A stretch of 64,000 nucleotides of DNA, from positions 39,786,777-39,850,776 of the forward strand of contig NC_092390.1 of NCBI RefSeq assembly GCF_030028105.1, read 5' to 3'. Shown piece after piece: positions 1-10,917 of the stretch (position 1 is its first letter; every line of letters starts with the position of its first letter). Both the position numbers and the translations under genes were made by a program. The notes beneath the pieces are model-generated. The model was given only the letters and a program-made list of their open reading frames with translations. It was not told where the DNA came from and ran no database searches. The DNA is from Mobula birostris. Lineage: Eukaryota.

Positions 1-1108
1 TCTGGCTGAATAATAAGTGGAAAGAATCCTAGCATAAGCACCAATATACATTAACAGCTGGCAAAGATGTGAAAATTCATTTAGTGGGCAATTGCCAAAT
101 TATAAATTCACATTTTCTTTGTGATGCGAGTCATAACTGCTGTTCCATGATAGTTCATTTTATTTTTTGTAATTACCTGCTATTTTATATTTACTTATAA
201 CTTTGAATAAGATTTCTGATGGCCTAATTGAGAGTTATTGAGGATGTGTTCAGTTCCTGTTTCCAAATTCTGTTTCTAAATTTCTCTTCCTTTATGAATT
301 TTACCTAGCATCAAAATGGACTCTGACATATTAATAGAGAAAGTGGCATTTCTGTGTGTAAAAGTGCTTATTTGTATTTAGGTGAAATTAGGTTGTTGGA
401 TCTCCAGTAATCTTCAATCTACATTTGTTTACACTTGCAATTTTGACAATGATAATGGGAGAAATAATTAATCACTGCAGTGTCTCTCTTTAGATTATGA
501 AATGACAACTGCAGTATGTGGATTCATATTGGATAGGAAGCATGGCAGGTACCAATTTTTTAATCGGACCAGCAATTGAAATGCAGATTTGACATATTTT
601 AAATGGATTCAGCAGAATATTGTGAAGCACCATGAATGACAACTCTTGCTCCCCCAAAACCCACTCACAAAGATGAGTTGAAGTAATTATTAGAAATCAA
701 CACAATTTTGATGCTTTTCAGAGTTGCTACCAGTTTTCAAAGTCTGTAGGTATGTGCTGAAGTGTCCGCTAACTGCAAGATTTCTGTAGAGTTTAGTTGC
801 TTCTAGTTGCTGCCTCATATAACTGTAGCAATGAACCCTCTTCTTGAAGTTGAGTGTGGCTGTGTGAATGAATAGAAGCCAATCAGAGTGGGATGTATCA
901 CTGGAAGAAGCAGGAAAAAGAAAGAAATTTCCACTGCAGAATGCGTACATTCAGGATCCATTCTCCTTTTTGAACTTCATCAATGTTTGAGGTTTGTCAT
1001 GGAGGTTGTACTGAAACCTCACCTCCACTGCAACTCAAACTTTCTGGCAGAACGTGGAGAGCAGCATCAGTGCCAGGAAAGCTGACCATGCTTATGAACT
1101 TATATGCA

Positions 1109-1815
1109 TAAACACGAGGAATTCTGCAGATGCTGGAAATTCAAGCAACACACATCAAAGTTGCTGGCGAGACCCGACACAGACTAGGAGATCGTTTTGC
1201 TGAACACCTATGCTCTGTCCGCCAGAGAAAGCAGGATCTCCCAGTGGCCACACATTTTAATTCCACATCCCATTCCCATTCTGATATGTCTATCCACGGC
1301 CTCCTCTACTGTAAAGATGAAGCCACACTCAGGTTGGAGGATCAACACCTTATATTCCGTCTGGGTAGCCTCCAACCTGATGGCATGAACATTGACTTCT
1401 CTAACTTCCGCTAATGCCCCACCTCCCCCTCGTACCCCATCCGTTATTTATTTATATACACACATTCTTTATCTCTCTCTCCTTTTTCTCCCTCTGTCCC
1501 TCTGACTATACCCCTTGCCCATCCTCTGGGTTTTTTCCCCTCCTCCCCCTTTTCCTTCTCCCTGGGCCTCCTGTCCCATGATCCTCTCATATCCCTTTTG
1601 CTAATCACCTGTCCAGCTCTTGGCTCCATCCCTCCCCCTCCTGTCTTCTCCTATCATTTTGGATCTCCCCCTCCCCCTCCCACTTTCAAACCTCTTACTA
1701 GCTGTTCCTTCAGTTAGTCCTGACGAAGGGTCTCGGCCCGAAACATCGACTGTACCTCTTCCTAGAGATGCTGCCTGGCCTGCTGTGTTCACCAGCAACT
1801 TTGATGTGTGTTGCT
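1109..1815 (+). mobile_element. 5'-truncated Penelope-like element (GIY-YIG C-terminus plus terminal repeat) with a short inverted 5' arm
   Basis: 1170-1414 encodes ETRHRLGDRFAEHL...LPVATHFNS..H...LEDQHLIFRLGSLQPDGMNIDFSNFR. 1110-1170 is the reverse complement of the element's 3' end. TSD TGAACTTATATGCA at 1095-1108 and 1816-1829. Confidence 0.88.
1716..1751 (+). ncRNA. Minimal hammerhead ribozyme motif in PLE terminal repeat (helix III mutated)
   Basis: AGTC-CTGACGA-A-GGG tctcgg CCC-GAAA-CATC-GACT. Core and helices I/II intact; ACGT palindrome changed to ACAT. Confidence 0.6.
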
Positions 1816-4199
1816 TGAACTTATATGCAACTAGCTTTTTCCAGGCTGACACTGGATATGTCAGCAATGTGCACTGTATGTTCATCGGTATATATTCTCA
1901 GCCATTGCTTCATGCAGACTAATACCTGCTGTCCTATTACCACCCATGATGCCTTCATTCATGCTGTGATAACTGTGTCATTTGTATTGGCTCTAACATT
2001 GCAATGTAATGGCCTCAGGAGCTATCTGATGATAATGTGTTTGCTAGATCTGACGCATGACATACACAGGGATGAGGAGTTTGCATTGACAAAAGCCACA
2101 GTCCTACATATTATCTTCTAGATGAGAAAAGTATAATGCTGATATTCCACTGCTTTGACTGTATTGAAGAAGCCTTGCAGTGATCAACTGGATGGGTCCC
2201 TGATCTTTGATGCGCGTTGTAAGTTGGCCTGCATGAGGAAGTGGATCTTGTCGTCGAGGAGCTGAAGACCTTGAGCACAAGCAAGAGGAGGAACAAAAGA
2301 AGGAAGAGAAAGATGAGTAAGAGGTGAAGGTGGAAGGAAATGCTGTAAGTGTGAGATCTGCAGCGGTGCTAAATGAATTGGGAGGGGACCTGAAGCATCT
2401 TGGGTTAGAGTTTTGACTGAAAGGGTTTGTTGGCAAGTGAACAGACATAGTAATTTGATCAGTGGCTGAACTCAGTGGTTGAGATGGCAAGATATGCCAA
2501 TTGAATATTTATTCTATGACTTTGACCTCTCCTTTGAGATAATTGAGTTCCTTGCTAGTTAATGCATTAGGTTATTGGGGCTAACCTCCTGACATTGACT
2601 TCCACAACTGTCGGCTCACACTATCTTATTGGCAAACAGATTTAATTTTGTCTCATGTATATCACATTTTCCACAAGACTTCTGATGTACATCTACCAAG
2701 AACTGATTTCATGGTATCTCCGTTGATTGGCTGTGGTTGCTTGCTGCACTGAGTTCTATCGCCAATTGTAATAGAACCTCCAGAAATCACAGTTACAGAT
2801 TCTTTAATCACTATAGCCAAACTTTAAGAAGTATGGTATGTAATGATATTGACCTATACCCTGCTGATACCATACCTGATAAACAACTTGATGAAGGATT
2901 GACATCATTTAGCCAGGCACCACAATACTGATACACTCTTTGCATTGCATTGAATGGGCAAGGGACCATCAAAAATTGGGATTCTTGGAACTGTGTTCTT
3001 GAGTTGTTGGGTTTAGTCTCCAATGATTTTCTTTCCTGACAATGTTTGTTACAAAAATCTATAACTTTGAACTGTTTCAGTTGCGTGTTCTTTTATTTAT
3101 ATGTGATGCCAAAGTTATTTGGTGTCTGTCGGATTCAGGCCAAGTGCTTTGTTTGGCAGGCCAACCAGCTATCTGTTTATACCTTGTCAAGGATTAATTG
3201 GAAATGCAAAACCTGATGGAGGTGTTGATTGCTATTTAATTCAGTTAGTACCATCCTAGTTCATGCTGATATTGATTGACATTCAAGATGTTACCCCGAT
3301 GGTATTGGTATTCTTTTATAATTCATAGTGAAGTCTTTTTTTAAAAATAGAAAGCTGAACTGCCAAGATTCATCCTCTTCCTTTTACAGGCTTACATGAT
3401 TTGGAAGCTTAATAACAGATTGAATTGTATAATTTCTCAGGTAAGCTCTCAGGATGGACTAGTTAAATATCACTGAAAAGAGCCAATTAAGTTCCCAGAA
3501 CTATCGTTGCTTTGAATTAAGTAATATAAAATCCTTCCCACATCCCCAGTGATATGCTCGTAGGCTAATTTGCTTCAGTAAATTACCCCTAGTGCTGGTG
3601 CATGGTTGAAGGATCGGGGGCAGTTCACTGGTTATGAGAGAGAGAATGAGCTAGTAAGAAATAAATGAGGGAACGGAATTGAAATGATTGGTTGGAGAAC
3701 CAGCACCAGCTTGATGGGCTGAATGGCTTTCTTCTATGTCATAATAAAGATGGGCACATGAAACATACTTGTTGAACTTAATTTGCTGAAGCACTTTTGT
3801 TTTTATGATTGTACATCTTCATAATCATAAATTGATAATTTTTTGTGTGATAATGCCAAACAGCAAGATGCTTCCTGACAATTAAGAGATTTAGTAAGAT
3901 GAACAACTGTACTTACATAGTTCATTTCATAACCTTATAAAGCTCAAGAGCTTTATAATCTAAAATACAAAGCACTTGAGATGATGACAAAGCCTATATT
4001 TTCATCTTCTCATCTTTTCAAACTCTCAAATAATGTTAGGAACTGTCTTGTCTGTTGGCTGAAGCCACAGCAAGGGTGTCTCCTCTTCCAATGCTGTAAT
4101 GAAGCTACAGACAAGGGCTTCTTTGGATTATCTTTCCAAATAATCACATGTAGGGCAATATAGAAGAATATAACTTGGCTAATTACTATCCCTTAAAGA

Positions 4200-5448
4200 G
4201 AGATCTGTTCAATGTTCAATGTTCTACATTCCTCCTTAGAACACCTGGAGGATAAAGATACATACTTAAGGCTCCTTTTCATTGACTACAGCTCTGTCTT
4301 TAATACCATCATTCCAAATAAGCTGATCCCTAAGCTCCGGAACCTGGGCCATAGCACTCAGATCTGCAGCTGGATCTTCGACTTGCTCACAGACAGGACC
4401 CAGGCTGTAAAAATAGGGGACAAGCTCTCCTCTACAATCACTCTGAGCACCGGTGCCCCACAAGGCTGTGTACTCAGCCCCCTGCTGTACTCACTGTACA
4501 CCCATGATTGTGTAGCCAAGTTTCCATCAAACTCAATATATAAGTTTGCTGATGACACAACAATTGTAGGCCGTATCTCGGGTAATGATGAGTTTGAGTA
4601 CAGAGAGGAAATTAACACCCCTCAACGTCAGCAAGACAAAGGAATTGGTTGTTGACTTCTGAAGGAGTAGCGGACCGCACGACCCAATTTACATCGGTGG
4701 TGCGCAAGTGGAACAGGTCAAAAGCTTTAAGTTCCTCGGGGTCAATATCACAAATGACCTGACTTGGTCCAAAAAAGCAGAGTTCACTGCCAAGAAGGCC
4801 CACCAGCGCCTTTACTTCCTGAGAAAACTAAAGAAATTTGGCCTGTCCCCTAAAACCCTCACTAATTTTTATAGATGCACCGTAGAAAGCATTCTTCTAG
4901 GGTGCATCACAACCTGGTATGGAAGTTGTCCTGTCCAAGACCGAAAGAAGCTGCAGAAGATCGTGACCACTGCGCAGCACATCACACAAACCAATCTTCC
5001 ATCTGTGGACTCACTTTACACCACACGCTGTCGGAGCAGTGCTGCCAGGATAATCAAGGACACGACCCACCCAGCCAACACACTTTTTGTCCCTCTTCCC
5101 TCCGGGAGAAGGATCAGGAGCTTGAAAACTCATACGGCCAGATTTGGGAACAGCTTCTTTCCAACTGTGATAAGACTGCTGAACAGATCCTGACCCGGAT
5201 CTGGGCCATACCCTCCAAATATCTGGACCCGCCTCTCGGTTTTTTTGCACTACCTTACTTTCCATTTTTCTATTTTCTATTTATGATTTATAATTTAAAA
5301 TTTTAATATTTACTAATTTTTACTATTTCTAATATTTTTAATATTTAATATTTGTAATTCAGGGAGTGGGAAGTGCAGAATCAAATATCGCTGTGATGAT
5401 TGTACATTCTAGTACCAATTGTTTGGCGACAATAAAGTATAAAGTATA
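4200..5448 (+). mobile_element. Rex1/Babar-type LINE, 5'-truncated, disabled
   Basis: RT motifs [25 protein letters not shown] and KFADD. C-terminal FKFLG...QRLYFLR...FFPTVIRLLN. Deletion at ~4615 and an in-frame TGA. Ends in (aaagtat)n. Confidence 0.85.
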
Positions 5449-5754
5449 GATATCTGTTCCAGCATCAGCGGAATCTATAACGTTTATGATGTTCTGTTCA
5501 ATCTTTTCCCAGTTTTTGGGCATTAACCCACCAAGTCCCAACAAAGCTAAAATATTTCATTTTAATCCCAAATGCTTTGCAAATTGTTTTTACAGTCCTG
5601 CTTCACTCTGGGATTCTTTACCTTGGATTTTTCCTGGACTCCAAGAATTTTTGTCAGTGTTCACAAATACCCTAATCCAAATATTCGTTAATCTGGCTCT
5701 AATATTCCCAGAAGTCCAGCTCAGTCCCCCAAATCTCACAACAACGTTCCAGGT

Positions 5755-6400
5755 ATGAGGTGTTGCACTTTGGAATCAAATAAAAGAGAAAATATATAGT
5801 TAATGTTTGGCCTTGAATAGTATTGAGGTACAGAGAGATCTTGGGAGACAGGACCACACTTCCCTGAAAGTGGCTGAATAAGATTATAGGGTGGTAAGGA
5901 AGGCGTGTGGAATACTTGCCTTCATTGGTAGGGGTGTTGTGTCATGCTATTATATAAAAATTCAGTCAGACTGCTCCTGGAGAAAAGCTCCTGCGTGCTT
6001 TTCTCTTCTCTCCATCATAGGAAGGATGTGGAAAAGGTGCAGAAAAGGTTTACCAGGATGCTGACTGGTTTAGAAGAGATGAGCTACAAGGAAAGACTGG
6101 ACAAACTTGGGTTGTTCTCTGTATAGTGTTTGAGGATGATGGGAGGCATGAAGGAGGCTTTTAAAATTATGAGGGGCATAGATAGGGTAGACAGTCAGAA
6201 TCTTTCCCACAAAGTAGAAATGCCAAATTCCCGAGGACATTGTGCCTGGTTTGGGTTACCAGCAGTAGTAGAGGAAGCAGGCTCCTTGGTGGACTTCAAG
6301 AGGCTTTTAAATGGACAAAACTATATGGAGGACATCTAGTATAAATTGATATCAAGATTGTCAAGACGTCATTGGCCAAATGGTCTGTCCAGTGCAACAC
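5755..6400 (+). mobile_element. Degenerate CR1 LINE 3' fragment
   Basis: RKDVEKVQKRFTRML.GLEEMSYKERLDKLGLFS followed by a CR1-type 3' UTR. Confidence 0.75.
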
Positions 6401-6659
6401 TGTTCTATGTATCTTGGGATGGACATTAGTGTTGAGCCAAGATCTGCCAGATTCCAGATTCCATGCCAATGCTGCTTTATTTTGTGGCCACTCCTAAGAT
6501 GAAAAGCCCACATAATATAACCTGGCAAAAGCAATCCTGATCTTAGGGGATCTCTGCCTGGTTCTATACAGTGTGACATCTGTTAGGGGGAAAGGCTAAA
6601 AGGAAACAAAAACTTGTTTTAAAAAATGCAAGTTCTGTTCTTCGGCTGTGATTTATCCG

Positions 6660-7008
6660 TTATCTCAAAGTTTACCAGCATGGTCCTGCCTTTTCATTGG
6701 CTGCATATAACTCTCCCCAACTCTTCCTCAGCTACATTGATGACTGCATTGGTGCTGCTGCTTCATGCACCCATGCTGAGCCTGTCAATTTTCATCAATT
6801 TTGTCTCCAACTTCCATCCTGCCCTTAAATTCACTTGGTCCATTTTTGACACCCTTCTCCCTTTATTGATCTCTTTGCCTCCATCTCTGGAGACAAACTT
6901 TTGACCGATATCTTTTATAAACTTGCTGATTCCCGCGACTATCTTGCCTATAATGCTTCCCACCCTGTCTCCTGTAAAAATACTATTCCGTTCTCTCAGT
7001 TCTTTCAT
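6660..7008 (+). mobile_element. Penelope-like element RT fragment
   Basis: LFLSYIDDCIGAA, FINFVSNFHPALKFTWS and SHPVSCKNTIPFSQF in shifting frames (YIDD-type PLE RT). Confidence 0.7.
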
Positions 7009-7264
7009 TCTACTTTGTTAGCATCATATTGTTTTTTTTATATTACAGAGGATCTTTAATTCTTGAACAATGTTGCAAGCAACATGCGGATTTCATAGCT
7101 TTCATTTGCTGAGTTAATGAATTCATTAACCTAGCTAATGACTACTGTGAAGTCTGCAATTACTTGTTGCCAACATCATACAATTCATAATTCAATGGGT
7201 CCAGTGAGAAACTGAAAACCATTATTTAATTCTGCATTTAATTCTGTTGCATTTCTTCTCTTAG

Positions 7265-7381
7265 GAGCAGAAGACCTGCCTGCTTCAGTCAGATCTATCA
7301 CCAGCTTCACCGGTGACAACTGTCTCTCGGTTTGCGTGTCAGAGGAAATCAACACTTGACAATAAAAACAAGATATTCACG
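7265..7381 (+). CDS. DNTT: TdT coding exon (equivalent to mammalian exon 3; linker and start of the Pol X 8-kDa region)
   Basis: Acceptor ttcttctcttag, donor gtaaag. 117 nt, phase 0/0. Translates EQKTCLLQSDLSPASPVTTVSRFACQRKSTLDNKNKIFT, matching the TdT motif S(Q/R)YACQRRTTLNN..IFT recalled from human TdT. Confidence 0.88.
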
Positions 7382-8236
7382 GTAAAGCTCATCAAGAAGT
7401 GTTTTGCTTTATTTTTAGCATTATAGCTTTATAATTAACATTATTTGTTTCCTACCTGGCAGACAAGTGGTAAATAAGTTCAATGGGTAAGATTTCTCTG
7501 GGAATACAGTGACTACTGACTTCCCAACTCATCCCAAAAGGATTATACTAGTTAATACACAAACATTCCAAAGTTTTACCACCGTCTGGTCCCAGTCTTC
7601 CAGAAAGGTAACCCACATGCGAAGTGTGAATTCTGGACAAAACTAGAATCACTGAAAGGATACTGGACAGCTATGTCCAGTATCGCCTCCTACAAAGTGA
7701 AACTAAGCAGCATACAGTAGGTGACAACAAGACTTCACTCTCAGATGAGCTCAATGCCTTTTATTCTCATGTTGACCATCAAAACATAGAGGCACCTTCA
7801 CAAATTTCAACACCCCTAGATGATTTCAATCTCAGAGGCTGACAGAAGAGCACCTTTAGAAGGGTGAAACTATCGAAAGCATCCAGCCCATGGGATACCT
7901 GGCCAATTACTCAACACTGTGCTGATCATGTGGCTGGAATGTTCACTGATACCTTTAACCGCTCACTACCACAGTCTGAAGTTCCACCTGCTTCAGACAG
8001 GCTTCAATTATACTAGTTTCTAGGAAGAAAGTGGCAACCTGCCTCAATGACTATTGTCTAGTAGCACTTACATCCACCGTGATGAAGTGGTTTGAGAGGT
8101 TGGTGATGAAACATACATCTCCTGACTGAGAAGCAGTTTGCATCCACTCCAGTTTGCCTACCGGAGTAACAGGTCAACAGATGATACCATCTGCTGGCTC
8201 TTCACTCAGCTCTGGAACATTTGGACAGAGAAGATA

Positions 8237-8752
8237 CAGTGGCACGCAAAAGTTTGGGCACCCTGGTCAAAATTTCTGTTACTGTGAATAGCTAAGTGAG
8301 TAGAAGATGAACTGATTTCCAAAAGGCATAAAATTAAAGATGGCACATTTCTTTAATATTTTAAGCAAGAAAACTTTTTTATTTCCATCTTTTACATGGC
8401 AGTACTTAGTAACACCCCCTTTAGCAAGTATCACAGCGAAAGTCCCCCAAACAAGTATTGAAAGACTCTTAGCTGTCTACAAAAATCATTTACAAGCTGT
8501 GATACTTGCCAAACGGGGTGTTGCTAAATACTGCCATGCAGGGTGCCCAAACTTTTGCTTCGGGCCCTTTTCCTTTTTTGTTATTTTGAAACTGTAAAAG
8601 ATGGAAATAAAAATGTTTTCTTGCTTAAAATATTAAAGAAATGTGTTATCTTTAACTTTATGCCTTTTGGAAATCAGTTCATCTTTTACTCGCTTAGCTG
8701 TTCACAGTAACAGAAATTTTGACCGGGGTGCCCAAACTTTTGCATGCCACTG
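8237..8752. mobile_element. Non-autonomous Tc1 element (516 bp) built from two right ends
   Basis: TIR CAGTGGCA(C/T)GCAAAAGTTTGGGCACCC, TA TSD at 8235-8236 and 8753-8754. Same family as 55497-57071. Confidence 0.9.
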
Positions 8753-9137
8753 TACATATATCAGTATGCTCTTCATTGACTACAGATCAGTATTCGATAC
8801 TATAATCTCCTCAAAGCTAATCAATAAGCTCAAAGACCTAGGCCTCGGTATCTCTTTATGCAGCTGGATCCTTTATTTACAGCCCCCAGTCAGTTTGGAT
8901 TGGCAACAACATCTCTTTCACAACATTTCCTCAGAACAGGTGCACCACAGGGCTGTGTACATACCCTCTGCATTACTTGTTTTATACTTATGACTATGAG
9001 GCTAAGCACAACTCCAATGCCATATTTAACTTTGCCGATGACACCACTATCATTGGCCAAATCAGAGGCGGTGACGAATCAGCATTTGGGAAGGAGATTG
9101 AAAATATGGCTGAATGGTGCCACAGCAACAATCTTTC

Positions 9138-10215
9138 TTTCTTTTTCAATCTTTTTATTAGTTTCATAAAATATAAACATAATATAAAAATAGTACAGAG
9201 TTATTGGGAATACATTGTTATACTTAACATGAGTAATTATGGAACCAAATAGGACTTGATTGACAAAACTCCCAATCATATAGGATACCAATGAATAATA
9301 CATAACAAAAAAAAAATATCTGGACAGAAATCATGAAAAAAGAAAAAAAAAGAAAAAAAAAAAAACCCTCAAAAAATGCTAATCTGAACAGAATTAATCA
9401 ACTAAACTAAAAAAAAGACCTGGGCTGTTTTAACATCGTAAAAAATGGGAGAAAAGAAAACCTTAGTGTCGACAACTCCGTTCCTCTCAACCAACACTAC
9501 AGAGATGTAAAATAAGTTTGGAAATGGCCAAATTACATAATATGAAAATGCTGAATAAATGGCCTCCAAGTTTTTTCAAATTTAATGAAAGGGTTGTAAA
9601 TCACACTTCTAATTTTTTTCCAAAATTAAACACAACATAGTTTGTGAAAACCAGTGAAATATAGTATGGGGTTAACCTCTTTCCAATTCAGCAAAATGGA
9701 TCTTCTAGCCATTAAAGTAAGAAATGCAATTATCTGACGAGCTGAAGAGGTTAAATGATTTGATTCTATCATTAGTAACCCAAAAATAGCAGTAATTGGG
9801 TGAGGTTTTAAGTCTATATTCAAAACCATTGAAATAATATCAAAAATATCTTGCCAATATTTTTCCAACAACGGACATGACCAAAACATGTGAGTCAAAG
9901 AAGCCATCTCGGAATGACATCTATCACATATAGGATTTATATAAGAGTAATAATGGGATAGTTTATCTTTGGACATATGAGCCCTGTGCACTACTTTAAA
10001 CTATATCAACGCATGTTTAGCACATATAGAAGATGAATTAACTAAATGAAGAATCTTTTCCCATTTTTCAATCGGTATAATAATCTTAAGTTCTCATTCC
10101 CAATCAATTTTAATTTTATTAGATACATCAGGACATAAATTCATAATTATATTATAAATAATTGCTTCAACACTTTTCTGAGAGAGATTTAAATCTAAAT
10201 TTTTTTCCAAAATAA
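9138..10215 (-). mobile_element. L1-clade LINE 3' fragment (zf-RVT/CCHC region)
   Basis: HRAHMSKDKLS...CDRC....ASLTHMFWSCP...YW on the minus strand. A-rich tail. TSD CAACAATCTTTC at 9126-9137 and 10216-10227. Confidence 0.85.
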
Positions 10216-10917
10216 CAACAATCTTTCATTTAATGTCAGCAAGACCATGGAGTTAATTATTGGATACAGAAGGAGGAAACCAGAGGTCCTTGAGCCAGTC
10301 CTCATATCAGAGGTGAAAAGAGTCAGTAATTTTTAATTCCTTAGTGTAATCATTTCAGAGGATCTCTCCTAGGTATGGCACATAAGTGCCATTACAAAGA
10401 ACAATTTTCTCAGAAGTTTGTGAAGATTCTGCACGTCATCTCAAACTTTGACAAACTTCTGTAGCTGTGTGGTGGAGAGTTTACTGGCTGGTTGCATCAT
10501 GGTCTGATATGGAAACACGGATGCCCTTGATAGAAAGGCCTACAAGAAGTAGTGGATACAGACCAGTCCATCATGGATAATACTGACCCTAACACTGAGC
10601 GCATCTATGGCGGGGGGCGGGGAGGGGGGGAGGTGGTACTGTTGCAAGTAAGCAGCATTCATCATTAAGGACTTTCACCATCCACACCATGCTCTCTTCT
10701 CACTGCTGCCATTAGGAAGGAGGTACAGGAGCCTCAGGACCCTCACCGCCAGGTTCAGTATCAGTTAATGTTCCTCAACCATCTGGCTCTTGAACTGGGG
10801 GATAATCTCATTCAGCCTCACTTACCTCAACGCTGAACTGTTCCCTCAACCGATGGACTCACTTTCAAGGAGTCTTCATCTCATGTTCACATTGTATATT
10901 ACTTATTTATTATTATT

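Larger units (their letters stand above)
860..2420 (+). mobile_element. Ancient PIF/Harbinger-like transposase remnant, split by a PLE insertion
   Basis: Removing 1109-1815 and one TSD copy gives KLTMLMNLYATSFFQADTG (Harbinger-like KVTxALNFYATGSFQ). Later HDAFI (~1940) and MLIFHCFDCIEEALQ (~2135, cf. LKMRFRCLD..GGALQ), followed by an acidic/purine-rich tail. Heavily decayed; motifs matched from memory. Confidence 0.45.

Noticed and set aside
888-1085. EISTAECVHSG as a possible TdT BRCT exon 2
   Set aside because: No THIV-type motif and no suitable splice sites; better explained as Harbinger debris.
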